Below, one piece after another: positions 35,608 to 45,349 of a stretch of 64,000 nt of DNA; the first letter of the stretch is position 1; each line of letters opens with the position of its first letter. The position numbers were made by a program, and so were the translations under genes. Source of the stretch: Methanobacteriota archaeon (GTDB taxonomy: Archaea; JAADCQ01; Methanopyri; Methanopyrales; Methanopyraceae); contig JAMOPO010000027.1 in the NCBI GenBank assembly GCA_027064425.1, positions 128,001 through 192,000 on the forward strand, written 5' to 3'. The notes below the pieces were generated by a model, which saw only the letters and a list, made by a program, of their open reading frames with translations, made no database searches and was not told the DNA's origin.

Positions 35608-36405
35608 ATGTGGTTGCCCGCGGTGACGGCGATCAAGGCGGCCGAGCTGCTGGGGACCGGGTTCATCGCCGGGTACCTCGGAGGCATTATCGGGACGGGC
35701 GGCTGCGTGCTGATGCTCCCCATGCTCGTGTTCCTGATGAGTTACCCGGTGCCTCAGGCCATCGGCACGACCGTGCTGGCGGTCGTGTGGACGGCCACGT
35801 TCGGAGCGCTCTCGCACGCTAAGCTGGGCAACGTGGACTACGAGACGTCGGCCGTGGTGCTGGCCGCGGGCGCCATCGGCTCGCTGGTAGGGTCCATGAT
35901 CTTCGCGGCGATCATGCGGTACACCAGCGTGCTGGAGGTGATTCTGGGGGCGGCCTTCCTGTACGCGGCGGTGCGGATGATCTACGAGTGGATAAAGAAG
36001 ATCCCCGGGGCGGAGGCCGACGAGATCCCGGGCAGTCCGTCGGCCAAGGCCGCCATCGGGTTCTTCATTGGCATCCTTACGGGTATCCTGGGACTGGGAG
36101 GAGGGTACGCGCTGGTGCCATCGTTCATTTACCTGCTGAACGCGCCGGTGCACCTCGCCGTGGGCACCTCCATGATCAGCATGATCCCGATGGCGACCGT
36201 GTCGGCCGCTTACAAGATGGCGCAGGGAGTCACGGACGTTCTCGGTGGCACGATCCTGGGCATCGGCACGATCGCCGGGGTCAAGCTGGGTGCCAAGACC
36301 ACGGAGAAGATCGAGCCGTGGACGATCAAGGGGATCTTCGGGGTCGTGTTCCTGTACGTGTCGCTGAAGTTCGTCCTGAAGGGACTGGGGCTTAAGGTCC
36401 TGTAG
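35608..36405 (+). CDS. TauE/SafE (TSUP) family permease
   Basis: GIIGTGG, GILGLGGGYALVP, AVGTS; BRE/TATA CGAAACATTAAAAAG near 35566. Confidence 0.88.
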   Translation: MWLPAVTAIKAAELLGTGFIAGYLGGIIGTGGCVLMLPMLVFLMSYPVPQAIGTTVLAVVWTATFGALSHAKLGNVDYETSAVVLAAGAIGSLVGSMIFAAIMRYTSVLEVILGAAFLYAAVRMIYEWIKKIPGAEADEIPGSPSAKAAIGFFIGILTGILGLGGGYALVPSFIYLLNAPVHLAVGTSMISMIPMATVSAAYKMAQGVTDVLGGTILGIGTIAGVKLGAKTTEKIEPWTIKGIFGVVFLYVSLKFVLKGLGLKVL

Positions 36406-36410
36406 CCTCG

Positions 36411-37085
36411 TCACAGCGGCGGCTGGAGGTCGTCCAGCTCGACGTCCAGCTCGATTCCCAGTGCATCGGCCAGGGCCTTCCCGTGGTAGTAAGCGGAGAC
36501 GTCCTTGGTCTCGTACTTGCCGATCCTGGGAGCGACGCAGTGGTGGCAGGCGGCCAGCGCGAAGGCGTTGACGGCCTTCCGCCCCGCCTCCATCCCCTCG
36601 ACCCGCTCGGCCGCCACCCAGGTGGCGCCGCACGGGGCGCCCCGGACGACCTCTACGGACTCGATAGTGCCGGAGGAGGCCTCCACCTCAACCTTGGGTC
36701 GACCGAAGCGCTCGGCGAACTCGTCGATCTCGGGCACTCCGGTGTCCGGTTTCAGCGCGCACGGGGTCGGCTCGGCGAAGACGACGGCGTCGTGGCGATC
36801 CTCGATCTGGCGGCGTACGGCGAGCTCCGGCAGCAGAGCGTACAGGATGGGGGCGTCGCACTGCTCGGCCAGGGTCAGCTGAAGGTCAGGGTGCTGTAGG
36901 TAGGAGATCACCAGGTCGAACTCGGAGGGGATGGACGGGAGGAGGCTCTCGGCCGTTTCCTCGTCGAGGAGCACGTTCTCGGGCGGCTCCTTGACGCGCA
37001 GGAACTCGGACTCGTGCTCGGATCGCCCCCGAATGGTCTCCGCGGCACGCTCTCCGTACTTGGAGCCGAGGACCAGGATCTTCAA
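36411..37085 (-). CDS. DUF166-like protein
   Basis: HPDL, PCAL, FGRP, RGAPCGAT, HC. Confidence 0.72.
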   Translation of the reverse strand: MKILVLGSKYGERAAETIRGRSEHESEFLRVKEPPENVLLDEETAESLLPSIPSEFDLVISYLQHPDLQLTLAEQCDAPILYALLPELAVRRQIEDRHDAVVFAEPTPCALKPDTGVPEIDEFAERFGRPKVEVEASSGTIESVEVVRGAPCGATWVAAERVEGMEAGRKAVNAFALAACHHCVAPRIGKYETKDVSAYYHGKALADALGIELDVELDDLQPPL

Positions 37086-37103
37086 CGACGGCCCCGGGAC
37101 CTC

Positions 37104-37847
37104 TCAGTCCGCGGTCTCCTCTTCATCCTTTCCGCTCGCCGTGTCCTCATCATCGAGCTCACGCTCCGCCTCGCGGAGGATGTCCAGGACGCCGTAGTGG
37201 GCCGCACCGATCACGAGCACGGCCCGGGACACGTCGGACCGGTGGAGGTACTCGATCGTGTTCTCCGCGATCACGGTGTTCCTCTCGTCGATCAGGACCC
37301 GGGTCACGTTGGGGAACTTACGCCGCATCCACTCGATCATCTCCCGGACGGCGCGCTCGTCCGTGACCGAGTCGGTCAGCATCTCCCGGGTCTTGGAGGG
37401 GCGGAAGACCGAGCAGAGGGCGTCGAGGAGCGTCAGGACCTGGAACTTGAGCCGCTCGGTGAGGGGGGCCTTGATTCGAATTCGGCGGAGGATGCCGTCG
37501 AGGTCCATGTCAACGGGCACGAGCTCCGCCTCGAGCTCTTCGGCGGCCTCGATCGCCCCGAGCATGTCCTCCCCGAGCTCGCCCCCCACCACGCGGCTGA
37601 CCACGCGCTCCGCCAGCGAGATGATCCGGCCGCTGAGGCGCTGGGGCCCTCTCCCTCCCTCGTCGCTTCCGTGCAGCTCGGCGAGCAGCGTCAGGAGCCG
37701 GCCCTCGCACAGCTCCAGCAGGACGGCCTCGGGCTCCAGCTCGAGGACCTTGTCCCGGACGAGCTCCCGGTCCACGCCCGCGTGGGCCGTTCTGAGCACG
37801 TGGAGCTCGGTGCCCAGGATGTGGAAGGTGTCAACGTGCAGCCGCAA
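37104..37847 (-). CDS. TraB/PrgY-family protein
   Basis: TAH, VLLELCEGR, GEDM, LIDERN, VIGAAH. Confidence 0.85.
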   Translation of the reverse strand: MRLHVDTFHILGTELHVLRTAHAGVDRELVRDKVLELEPEAVLLELCEGRLLTLLAELHGSDEGGRGPQRLSGRIISLAERVVSRVVGGELGEDMLGAIEAAEELEAELVPVDMDLDGILRRIRIKAPLTERLKFQVLTLLDALCSVFRPSKTREMLTDSVTDERAVREMIEWMRRKFPNVTRVLIDERNTVIAENTIEYLHRSDVSRAVLVIGAAHYGVLDILREAERELDDEDTASGKDEEETAD

Positions 37848-38510
37848 CTACCTCGGCACCACCATTCCGTCCTCGAAGGCCGGGACGACGTCGAACTCGT
37901 CCACCCTTGCGCAGAACTCCACGTCCTCGGACTTGCCGTGCAGCTCCAGCACGTGGCCGGTGCGGGAGCTGCGGAACACGTCGTGCGGGTCGAACGTCCT
38001 GGACATCTCGATCAGGACGCGGGTCCTGCGGTCGGCGGGCTCGCCCCCCGCGAGCCGGGCGATGTACCCGGCCGTGAACGCGTCCTCGATGGCCATGGAG
38101 CCCCGGTGTCCCGCCTCGACGATGCACGCGTCGCGGTTCAGCTCGTCGGCGACGGCGCTGGCGTTGAGGAGGGCGCCGATGAGGACCTCCTCGCAGACCT
38201 CGGCGGTGCGGAGGATGGCCTCGGTGCCGTTGGTCGTGACCATGTACACGGTCTCGCCCTCGATGCCGTCCGGATTCTTCATTAGCTCGGTGGGCGAGTT
38301 CCCGTAGTCCGCGATGTCGAGCTTCCGGCCGTGCCGCTCGCCGATCGTGGGGCCGTCCGCATCCTTGAGCTCCGACGGGTCGGCCAGGGGGACGATGGCC
38401 TCCGCTCCCAGGGCTAGGGCGGTGACGATCGTGGAGCTGGCCCGCAGCGCGTCCACGACGACGCCCGTGTGGTACTCCCCGCTGGGATCCATCGTCGCGA
38501 GGACCCGCAC
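37848..38510 (-). CDS. comB: 2-phosphosulfolactate phosphatase (coenzyme M biosynthesis)
   Basis: VDALRASSTI, GER, GNSP, TTNGT, IED. Confidence 0.9.
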   Translation of the reverse strand: MRVLATMDPSGEYHTGVVVDALRASSTIVTALALGAEAIVPLADPSELKDADGPTIGERHGRKLDIADYGNSPTELMKNPDGIEGETVYMVTTNGTEAILRTAEVCEEVLIGALLNASAVADELNRDACIVEAGHRGSMAIEDAFTAGYIARLAGGEPADRRTRVLIEMSRTFDPHDVFRSSRTGHVLELHGKSEDVEFCARVDEFDVVPAFEDGMVVPR

Positions 38511-38537
38511 GCCGGGAACCCCCGGGGGACGCGCGCC

Positions 38538-39305
38538 GTGGTGGCCGTGGCCTTTCCTTGGAGCCTGTTCTCGGAGGAGAACGACCCGAAAATCTACGCG
38601 TATCGGGTCGGCATTCTGGGCCGGGCCCTGGCGATCTACCGGGTGGAGGAGGTGCTGCTGTACGGGGACGGGATCGGGTCACGGCGCAACGCTGAGCGGT
38701 TGAAAAAGCTCTTGGAGTACCTGGAGTGCCCTCAGTACCTCAGGAAGCGGGTGTTCCGGCTGGATAGGGACCTCAGGTACGCGGGAGTGATGCCGCCGCT
38801 GCGCGCTCCGCACCACAAGCGCAACCCACCGCGTGAGGGTGAGGTGCGGGAGGGGTACGTGGTCAGGAGGAGTAAGGAAGGCTGCCTCGTCGACGTGGGT
38901 GCCGAGGAGCTGGCGGTCTCGTACGAGCGGATGAAGCCGCGGCAGCGGGTGACGGTCAGGGTCGTTTCCGAGGATCCGCTGGTGGTGGAGCCCGCCGAGC
39001 CGGAGGACTACTGGGGGTTTGAGGTGCGGATCGTCGACTCGCTGGACGACGTGTTGGAGGAGTTCGGGAAAGGCACCGTCATTGCGTCCAGGTACGGGGA
39101 GGATGTTAGGGAGGTGGAGTTCGGGGAACCGCCGGAGTGCCTGGTGTTTGGGTCGGGCCGGGCCGGCGTGCTGGAGATCAAGCCCGGGCTGGAGGAGGAG
39201 TTCCTTACGGTCAACTTCATCCCGGGCCAAGGCGTGGAGGTCGTGAGGACTGAAGAGGCTGTGCACGCGACGTTGGCCGTGCTGAACTACTTGGGCCTGC
39301 TGTAG
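38538..39305 (+). CDS. SPOUT RNA methyltransferase (DUF171/MTH1 type)
   Basis: RALAIYRV, YLECPQYLRK, PPLRAPHH, YWG, QGVEVVRTEEA. Confidence 0.88.
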   Translation: MVAVAFPWSLFSEENDPKIYAYRVGILGRALAIYRVEEVLLYGDGIGSRRNAERLKKLLEYLECPQYLRKRVFRLDRDLRYAGVMPPLRAPHHKRNPPREGEVREGYVVRRSKEGCLVDVGAEELAVSYERMKPRQRVTVRVVSEDPLVVEPAEPEDYWGFEVRIVDSLDDVLEEFGKGTVIASRYGEDVREVEFGEPPECLVFGSGRAGVLEIKPGLEEEFLTVNFIPGQGVEVVRTEEAVHATLAVLNYLGLL

Positions 39306-39368
39306 GCCTCCGCCGGCTCTCCCACATCATGTCCCCGGCATCAGCCGGGGATTACCTCGTCATCGGCC
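39305..39368 (-). ncRNA. Box C/D guide sRNA candidate
   Basis: GGCCG-ATGACGA-GGTAATCCCCGG-CTGA-TGCCGGGGAC-ATGATGT-GGGAGAGCCGG-CGGA-GGCC; AT-rich TATA-like patch near 39407-39413. Confidence 0.62.
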
Positions 39369-39458
39369 AGGATTTCAGTACCCCAACGTCTCCCTTACGG
39401 CAACATATTTATTGCTCGTCTCTCGGGCTCAGCGGGGAGCAGACGGAGGGGGAACCCG

Positions 39459-39839
39459 GTGATGGTGGAGGTGTCTGAGGAGTTTGAAAGGGATATCGAG
39501 GAGGTCAAGAGAAGGCTCCGGGAAGGGAAATTAACCAACTTGGGGGCGGCGCTCGCGGTCGTGCTGCTGGCCAGTCTTAAGGGTCAGTGGATCAACGTGG
39601 ACGAGATCGTCAGGGTGCTTAAGGAGCTGGGGTACGATGTTAAGACGAACAGTATCAGGAGCGCCCTGTACAAGGTGCGTCAGGAGGGCCTGCTGAAGTC
39701 CAAGCGGTTGGGTCGGAAGACCGCGTACTTCATCCCGGTCGAGGAAGAGGAGGTCCTGGGCGCGATCCTGAGGAGGATTACCGGGGAGGAGATCCGGGAG
39801 AAGATCGTGGAGGAGCTGCTTAAGGAGATCAAGGAGTAA
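39459..39839 (+). CDS. Winged-helix DNA-binding protein
   Basis: INVDEIVRVL...NSIRSALYKVRQEGLLKSKRLGRKTAYF. Confidence 0.75.
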   Translation: MMVEVSEEFERDIEEVKRRLREGKLTNLGAALAVVLLASLKGQWINVDEIVRVLKELGYDVKTNSIRSALYKVRQEGLLKSKRLGRKTAYFIPVEEEEVLGAILRRITGEEIREKIVEELLKEIKE

Positions 39840-39893
39840 CCTCCCCCGCCTCGCCCGCCGGAATAGTTTCGATGACCGAAACGATTCGGGGGG

Positions 39894-40916
39894 TTGGGCG
39901 TGACGGGAGGGGAGGAGAAGGACAAGGAGAAGGAGCGTCGGCTCCCCTTCGAGCGCGAGCGGGAGATGGTGACCAAGGCCGAGGCCGAAACGGACCCGCG
40001 CTACGGCTGCCCGCCCGAGGAGCGCCCGATGGAAGAGTACATCATGAAGGGGGTCATCAACCTCGACAAGCCCGCGGGACCGACCTCGCACGAGGTGGTC
40101 GCGTGGGTCAAGGAGATCCTGGGGCTGTCCAAGGCGGGTCACGGCGGCACGCTGGACCCGAAGGTCACCGGAGTGCTGCCCATTGCCCTGGAAAAGGCCA
40201 CGAAGATCATCCAGACGCTCCTGCCCGCAGGCAAGGAGTACGTTTGCATCATGCACCTACACGGGGACGTGGACGACGACGAGTTGGAGCGGGTCATCCG
40301 CGAGTTCGAGGGCACGATCCTGCAGCGCCCGCCCCTTCGATCCGCGGTCAAGCGCCGCGTGCGGCCGAAAAAGGTGTACTACATCGATATCATCGAGCGG
40401 GACGGTCGGGACGTCCTCCTGCGGGTCGGCTGCCAGGCGGGCACCTACATCCGGAAGCTCTGCCACGACATCGGCGAGGCGCTGGGCGTCGGCGCGCACA
40501 TGGCGGAGCTGAGGCGGACCAAGACGGGGCCGTTCTCCGAGGAGAACGCCGTGACGCTCCACGACCTGAAGGACGCCTTCGAGTTCTGGAAGGAGGAGGG
40601 CTGGGAGGAGCCGCTAAGGCACGTGATCCGACCGATGGAGGAGGGGCTGAGCCACCTACCCAGGATCGAGATCCGAGACACGGCCGTGGACGCAATCTGC
40701 CACGGCGCCGACCTGGCGGCGCCCGGCATCGTGAGGGTGGAGAAGGGGATCCAGCCGGGCGACCTGGTGGCTATCTTCACGCTGAAGGGCGAGGCGGTGG
40801 CGCTGGGCGTGGCCAAGGCCTCCTGGAAGGAGATGCTCCACGCGGACCGCGGCATCATGGTGGACACGAAGCGGGTGCTGATGGAGCCGGGAACGTACCC
40901 GAAGGCCTGGGGTTAG
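39894..40916 (+). CDS. cbf5: H/ACA RNA-guided pseudouridine synthase Cbf5
   Basis: NLDKPAGPTSHEV, GHGGTLDPKVTG, GTYIRKLCHD, PUA domain. Confidence 0.95.
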   Translation: MGVTGGEEKDKEKERRLPFEREREMVTKAEAETDPRYGCPPEERPMEEYIMKGVINLDKPAGPTSHEVVAWVKEILGLSKAGHGGTLDPKVTGVLPIALEKATKIIQTLLPAGKEYVCIMHLHGDVDDDELERVIREFEGTILQRPPLRSAVKRRVRPKKVYYIDIIERDGRDVLLRVGCQAGTYIRKLCHDIGEALGVGAHMAELRRTKTGPFSEENAVTLHDLKDAFEFWKEEGWEEPLRHVIRPMEEGLSHLPRIEIRDTAVDAICHGADLAAPGIVRVEKGIQPGDLVAIFTLKGEAVALGVAKASWKEMLHADRGIMVDTKRVLMEPGTYPKAWG

Positions 40917-42382
40917 AGGGAGCGAGCCAGCAGCACGGTGAGGTTCAGCACCTCGGCGTCCACCTCACACCGCTCCAGCCCCTCCCTCAGGTTGTACTCG
41001 CAGAACGGGCAGACCGTGGTCAGTAAGTCGGCGCCGACCTCCTCGACCATCCGCGCCTTCACGTCCGCCATCAACCTCGCCAGCTCCGGCAAGCCGGCGC
41101 GAACGCCTCCCCCGGCTCCGCAGCATCGGTCCGGCTCGCGCATCTCCCGGAACTCGATCCCGTCAACCGCCTTCAGCAGGCGGCGGGGCTCACGGTGTAC
41201 CCCCTGACCGCGCCTGAGGTGACACGGATCGTGGTACGTGACCACGACCTCCTCGGAGTGCTTGAACCCCCGCTCGTGCGCCCTGACCTCCCGAACGAGG
41301 AACTCCGTGACGTCCATGACCTCCCACTCGAACCGCTCGCCCAGCAGCTCCGGGTAATCGTTCTTCAGCGTCGCACCGCAGCCCGCGCACACCGTCACGA
41401 TCACGTCCGGGTCAACCCGCTGGAAGGCTTCCAGGTTCCTGAAGGCCAGCCGATCCGCCCGGTCCCGCTGCCCGGTCCTCAACAGGGGTGACCCGCAGCA
41501 GACCTGATCCTCGGGCACCACTAGCCGGAACCCTAGCTCCTCCGCCAAGCTGATCAGGGCCCTCCCGGTCTCGGGCAGCCTGTAGTCGACGAGGCAGCCG
41601 GTGAAGAAGAGCGCCTTGACGTCTCCCGACCCGTACTCGCCCGCGTGCTCCTCTAGGAAGGACGCCTCCTTCTTCTCCACCGAGCGTCCCGTGCGGACGG
41701 CCCGCCTACCCACCTCGCGGTGCTCTTTGAGGGGGCCGAGACCGCGCTCCCGCAGCCTCGCCCGCAGCGTCTCCACGGCCTTCTTCGGGATGTCAATGTC
41801 CCTCGGGCAAACCTCCGCGCAGCGGTGGCACGTCGTGCACGCGTAGACGTCCTCGAGCTCGGGCACTCGGTCCCACTTCTCGGCCTCCTCTGCGGCCTTC
41901 CGGAGCACGGTGGGGCCCGGGTTCCGGGTCGATCCCGCCCGGATCACTGGGCACTCCGCGACGCAGCACAGGCACTCGATGCACGACCGGAGCTCGTGCA
42001 GCCGCTCGCTCTCCTCCCTGTCGAGCCGCCGGAACCAGTCCAGGTTGGACCGCGGGGAGAGGGGCCTCAGTCGCTCCGTCACCTCACGCCAGTCCACGAC
42101 CAGATCCCGGAGGACGGGGAGGTGCCGCAGCGGCTCGACGGTGACCTCCTCCCCCGGCTCGAGCCGGTACTCGCAGGCCAGGCCCGCTCGCCCGTTGATC
42201 AGCACGGCGCAGGTCCCGCACTGCGCGTTCCTGCACGAGTACTGGAACTCCAGGTCGGGCGCCTCGTGCTCCTTGATCCACAGCAGCGCGTCCAGGAGCG
42301 TCATCCCCTCCCGGTAGGGCACCTCGGCCTCAAGCTCCCTGTCCGGGGTCCGGATGCGGACCAGCACGGACTCCTCCGCCAA
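40913..42382 (-). CDS. tfrB: Thiol:fumarate reductase Fe-S subunit B
   Basis: 2Fe-2S SCRNAQCGTC, two 4Fe-4S motifs, two CCG domains. Confidence 0.88.
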   Translation of the reverse strand: MAEESVLVRIRTPDRELEAEVPYREGMTLLDALLWIKEHEAPDLEFQYSCRNAQCGTCAVLINGRAGLACEYRLEPGEEVTVEPLRHLPVLRDLVVDWREVTERLRPLSPRSNLDWFRRLDREESERLHELRSCIECLCCVAECPVIRAGSTRNPGPTVLRKAAEEAEKWDRVPELEDVYACTTCHRCAEVCPRDIDIPKKAVETLRARLRERGLGPLKEHREVGRRAVRTGRSVEKKEASFLEEHAGEYGSGDVKALFFTGCLVDYRLPETGRALISLAEELGFRLVVPEDQVCCGSPLLRTGQRDRADRLAFRNLEAFQRVDPDVIVTVCAGCGATLKNDYPELLGERFEWEVMDVTEFLVREVRAHERGFKHSEEVVVTYHDPCHLRRGQGVHREPRRLLKAVDGIEFREMREPDRCCGAGGGVRAGLPELARLMADVKARMVEEVGADLLTTVCPFCEYNLREGLERCEVDAEVLNLTVLLARSL

Positions 42383-42388
42383 GCCCTC

Positions 42389-43009
42389 TCACCACCTCAT
42401 CTTGGTCAAATCGAGCTCGACGTCGTCCACCTCGCGGGCGAAGGAGGCCGCGATGTCGTACCCCAGCTCCAGCGGGTCGCCATCCCAGCCGAGATCCCGG
42501 AGGGAGGTGGCGGGGACCGGCACGCCCTCGGTGCTCACGTTGATGCCCAGGTGCGCCAGGGCGCCCGGTCCGGCCGGCTTGAACACTGAGACCGTGAGCT
42601 TACGGTCGTCGTGGAGCAGGTCGTCCCCGTCCCGGTCCAGCCTCACGGACAGCCGCTCTTCCAGCACCTCCCGGGCCCTGACGACGAGGAGCCGCTGGAG
42701 CAGGCCGGCCGCTGCGGGCTCGCACCTGGTGGGGTCGTCGAGGATGAGGTGCAGCACGTCGCCGCCGCGGATGGGCTCGTCCAGGTCCTCCGTGTCCACC
42801 GTGCGCTCGCGGGGAACGTCCATCGGGCCTCGGAAGACGAGGATCGCGCGCCCACGCACCCCGTACCGCTCGTGGATGAAGGCGCGGCGGAGCTGGGAGC
42901 CGTCGTACTTCATCCGCTCCCGCTCGACGACGATCGTCCAGGTCCCGACCCGGTGCGCGCGAGCGCTCCCTCGAGCCTCAGTAGCCTCCTCTTCCATCGC
43001 AACCCCCAC
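42389..43009 (-). CDS. DUF366 (lipoate-ligase-like fold) protein; start uncertain
   Basis: YDGSQL, FRGPMDV, VDTED, QRLL, RDGDDL, KLTVS, HLGIN. Confidence 0.8.
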   Translation of the reverse strand: MGVAMEEEATEARGSARAHRVGTWTIVVERERMKYDGSQLRRAFIHERYGVRGRAILVFRGPMDVPRERTVDTEDLDEPIRGGDVLHLILDDPTRCEPAAAGLLQRLLVVRAREVLEERLSVRLDRDGDDLLHDDRKLTVSVFKPAGPGALAHLGINVSTEGVPVPATSLRDLGWDGDPLELGYDIAASFAREVDDVELDLTKMRW

Positions 43010-43413
43010 CTGAACCCGCCGAGTCCTCGTGCTCCGACGACGCGGTGGCAGGGCACGATGATGGGAGTCTCGTTGCGGGCCAGCGCCTGCCCGACGACGC
43101 GCGGGTGCGTGCCGACGCGCTCGGCCAGCTCCCCGTACGTTTTAACCTCGCCGTACCCCACCCTCCTGACCTCGGAGAGCACGGCCCGGTGGATCGGCGC
43201 GTCCGGGAGCCTGACGGGCACGTCACTGAAGTCCTCGCGCTCGCCCCGGAAGTAGCGCTCCAGCCGCTCTCTCAGCCTTCGGAAATCCTTTTCCGGCAGT
43301 GGAGGAGGTTCGGTCCCGGGCGGGGCGACCCGGAGGACGCGCCGCCCGTCGTGGACCACGTGCCCGCGCCCGTACGGAGTCTCGTAAGTCAGGACGTACC
43401 GGGGTGAGGTCAT
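42910..43413 (-). CDS. ogt: Methylated-DNA-protein-cysteine methyltransferase
   Basis: YGEVKTYGELA, RVVGQA, IVPCHRVV. Confidence 0.92.
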   Translation of the reverse strand: MTSPRYVLTYETPYGRGHVVHDGRRVLRVAPPGTEPPPLPEKDFRRLRERLERYFRGEREDFSDVPVRLPDAPIHRAVLSEVRRVGYGEVKTYGELAERVGTHPRVVGQALARNETPIIVPCHRVVGARGLGGFRWGLRWKRRLLRLEGALARTGSGPGRSSSSGSG

Positions 43414-43414
43414 C

Positions 43415-45349
43415 GTGGTGGAACCCCTGACTGCGGACGAGCTGGACTGGGACGAGCTCGGGCTGAAGGTGGGTCTGGAGATCCACCGTCAGCTGGACAC
43501 GCCCAGGAAGCTGTTCTGCCGGTGTGAGCCGGAGCTCGTGGAGGAGGTGCCGGAGGAGCCCCGGGTGCGCCGTAAGCTGAGGCCGGTGCAGAGTGAGATG
43601 GGCGAGTTCGATCCGGCGGCGCTGGAGGAGTTCAAGCGGGATCGGACGTTCCACTACCTGTCCGACGGGTCGTTCTCCTGCCTGGTTGAGCTGGACGAGG
43701 AGCCCCCGCACGAGCCGTGTGAGGAGGCCCTGGACATCGCGATCAAGGTCACGCTCCTGCTCGGTGGCGAGGTGGTCGACGAGGTCCACGTCATGCGCAA
43801 GATGGTCATCGACGGCTCGAACACGACCGGCTTCCAGCGGACGATGCTGGTGGGGATCGGTGGGGAGGTCCCCACGTCCGAGGGCACCGTTCGGATCAGC
43901 ACGATCTGCCTGGAGGAGGACGCCGCGCGGAAGGTGAAGGGCTGGGACCAGGAGCTGCAGGTCGAGTACTGCCTGGACCGGCTGGGCATTCCACTGATCG
44001 AGGTGTCCACGGAGCCGGACATTCGGACGCCCGAGCAGGCGCGGGAGGCGGCGGAGAACATCGGCGAGGCGATCAAGGCGGTGGGCGGGGTCAAGTCCGG
44101 CATCGGCACGGTGCGGCAGGACGTGAACATCTCGATCGAGGGCGGCGCGGTGCAGGAGATCAAGGGCGTGCAGGACCTGAACCTGATCCCGAAGGTGGTG
44201 AGGTTCGAGGCGCTGCGCCAGGCCAACCTGCTGCGGTTGAGGGACGAGCTGCGGGAGCGGGGCGTGAAGGAGACGGACGTGGTGGAGTGTCGGCCGGTGG
44301 ACGTGACCGAGGTGTTCGAGGGGACGGAGTCGGAGGTGATTCGGCGCGAGCTCGAGCGGGGCGGCGTCGTCTACGCGCTGAAGCTGCCCGGGTTCGACGG
44401 GCTGCTGGGCTTTGAGCTCTGCCCGGGTCGCCGGTTCGGCACGGAGCTGGCCGACTACGCGAAGCGCCGGGGTGTTTCGGGGCTCTTCCACTCGGACGAG
44501 CTGCCCGGGTACGGGATCTCGGAGCGGGAGGTGGAGGAGGTCGAGCGGCGGCTTAAGGTGGGGGATGAGGACGCGTTCGTGCTCATTGCGGGCCCGGAGG
44601 ACCGGGTCAAGTCGGCGATGGAGGCGGTGAAGGACCGGGCGGTGATGGCGTTGGACGGCGTTCCGGCCGAGACGCGGCGGGCGCTGAAGGACGGTACGAC
44701 GGAGTACATGCGGCCGCGACCGGGCGCCGCGCGGATGTACCCGGAGACGGACATCCCGCCGGTCGTGATCAGCCGGAAGCGGGTGGAGCGACTGCGACGC
44801 GAGCTGCCGGAGCGGCCGTGGGAGCGGCGTGAGAAGCTGCTGAAGGAGTACGGGCTGAACGAGGAGCTGGTGGAGCAGCTGTTCGAGCACGGGCGGGTGG
44901 AGGAGTTCGAGCGCCTGGTGGAGCGCACGGGCGCGGACCCGAAGGTGGTGGCCACGACCCTGGTGAACGTGCTGCCCAGGCTGAAGAAGGACGGTTACCC
45001 GGTGGAGGAGCTCAAGGAGTCGCACCTGGAGGAGGTGCTGCGGCTGCACGCGGAGGGTAAGATCGCGAAGTCGGCGATCGAGGAGCTGCTGGGGGCGCTC
45101 GCGGCGGACCCGGACGCGGACGCGGAGGAGCTGGCGGAGGAGCTTGGCCTGATCATGGCGTCACGGGAGGAGATCGAGCGCGTGGTGAGGAAGGTGGTGG
45201 AGCGGCACAGGGATGAGATCGAGGAGCGCGGGATGCGGGCGATGGGCAAGGTGATGGGTGAGGTGATGGAGGTGCTTCGAGGGCGCGCGGACGGCAAGCT
45301 GGTCAGCGAGATCGTGCGGGAACACATCAAGAGGATCGCCGGAGAGTGA
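43415..45349 (+). CDS. gatE: Glu-tRNA(Gln) amidotransferase subunit E
   Basis: GLKVGLEIHRQL, DGSNTTGFQRT, LDRLGIPLIE, RPRPGAARMYPETD. Confidence 0.96.
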   Translation: MVEPLTADELDWDELGLKVGLEIHRQLDTPRKLFCRCEPELVEEVPEEPRVRRKLRPVQSEMGEFDPAALEEFKRDRTFHYLSDGSFSCLVELDEEPPHEPCEEALDIAIKVTLLLGGEVVDEVHVMRKMVIDGSNTTGFQRTMLVGIGGEVPTSEGTVRISTICLEEDAARKVKGWDQELQVEYCLDRLGIPLIEVSTEPDIRTPEQAREAAENIGEAIKAVGGVKSGIGTVRQDVNISIEGGAVQEIKGVQDLNLIPKVVRFEALRQANLLRLRDELRERGVKETDVVECRPVDVTEVFEGTESEVIRRELERGGVVYALKLPGFDGLLGFELCPGRRFGTELADYAKRRGVSGLFHSDELPGYGISEREVEEVERRLKVGDEDAFVLIAGPEDRVKSAMEAVKDRAVMALDGVPAETRRALKDGTTEYMRPRPGAARMYPETDIPPVVISRKRVERLRRELPERPWERREKLLKEYGLNEELVEQLFEHGRVEEFERLVERTGADPKVVATTLVNVLPRLKKDGYPVEELKESHLEEVLRLHAEGKIAKSAIEELLGALAADPDADAEELAEELGLIMASREEIERVVRKVVERHRDEIEERGMRAMGKVMGEVMEVLRGRADGKLVSEIVREHIKRIAGE

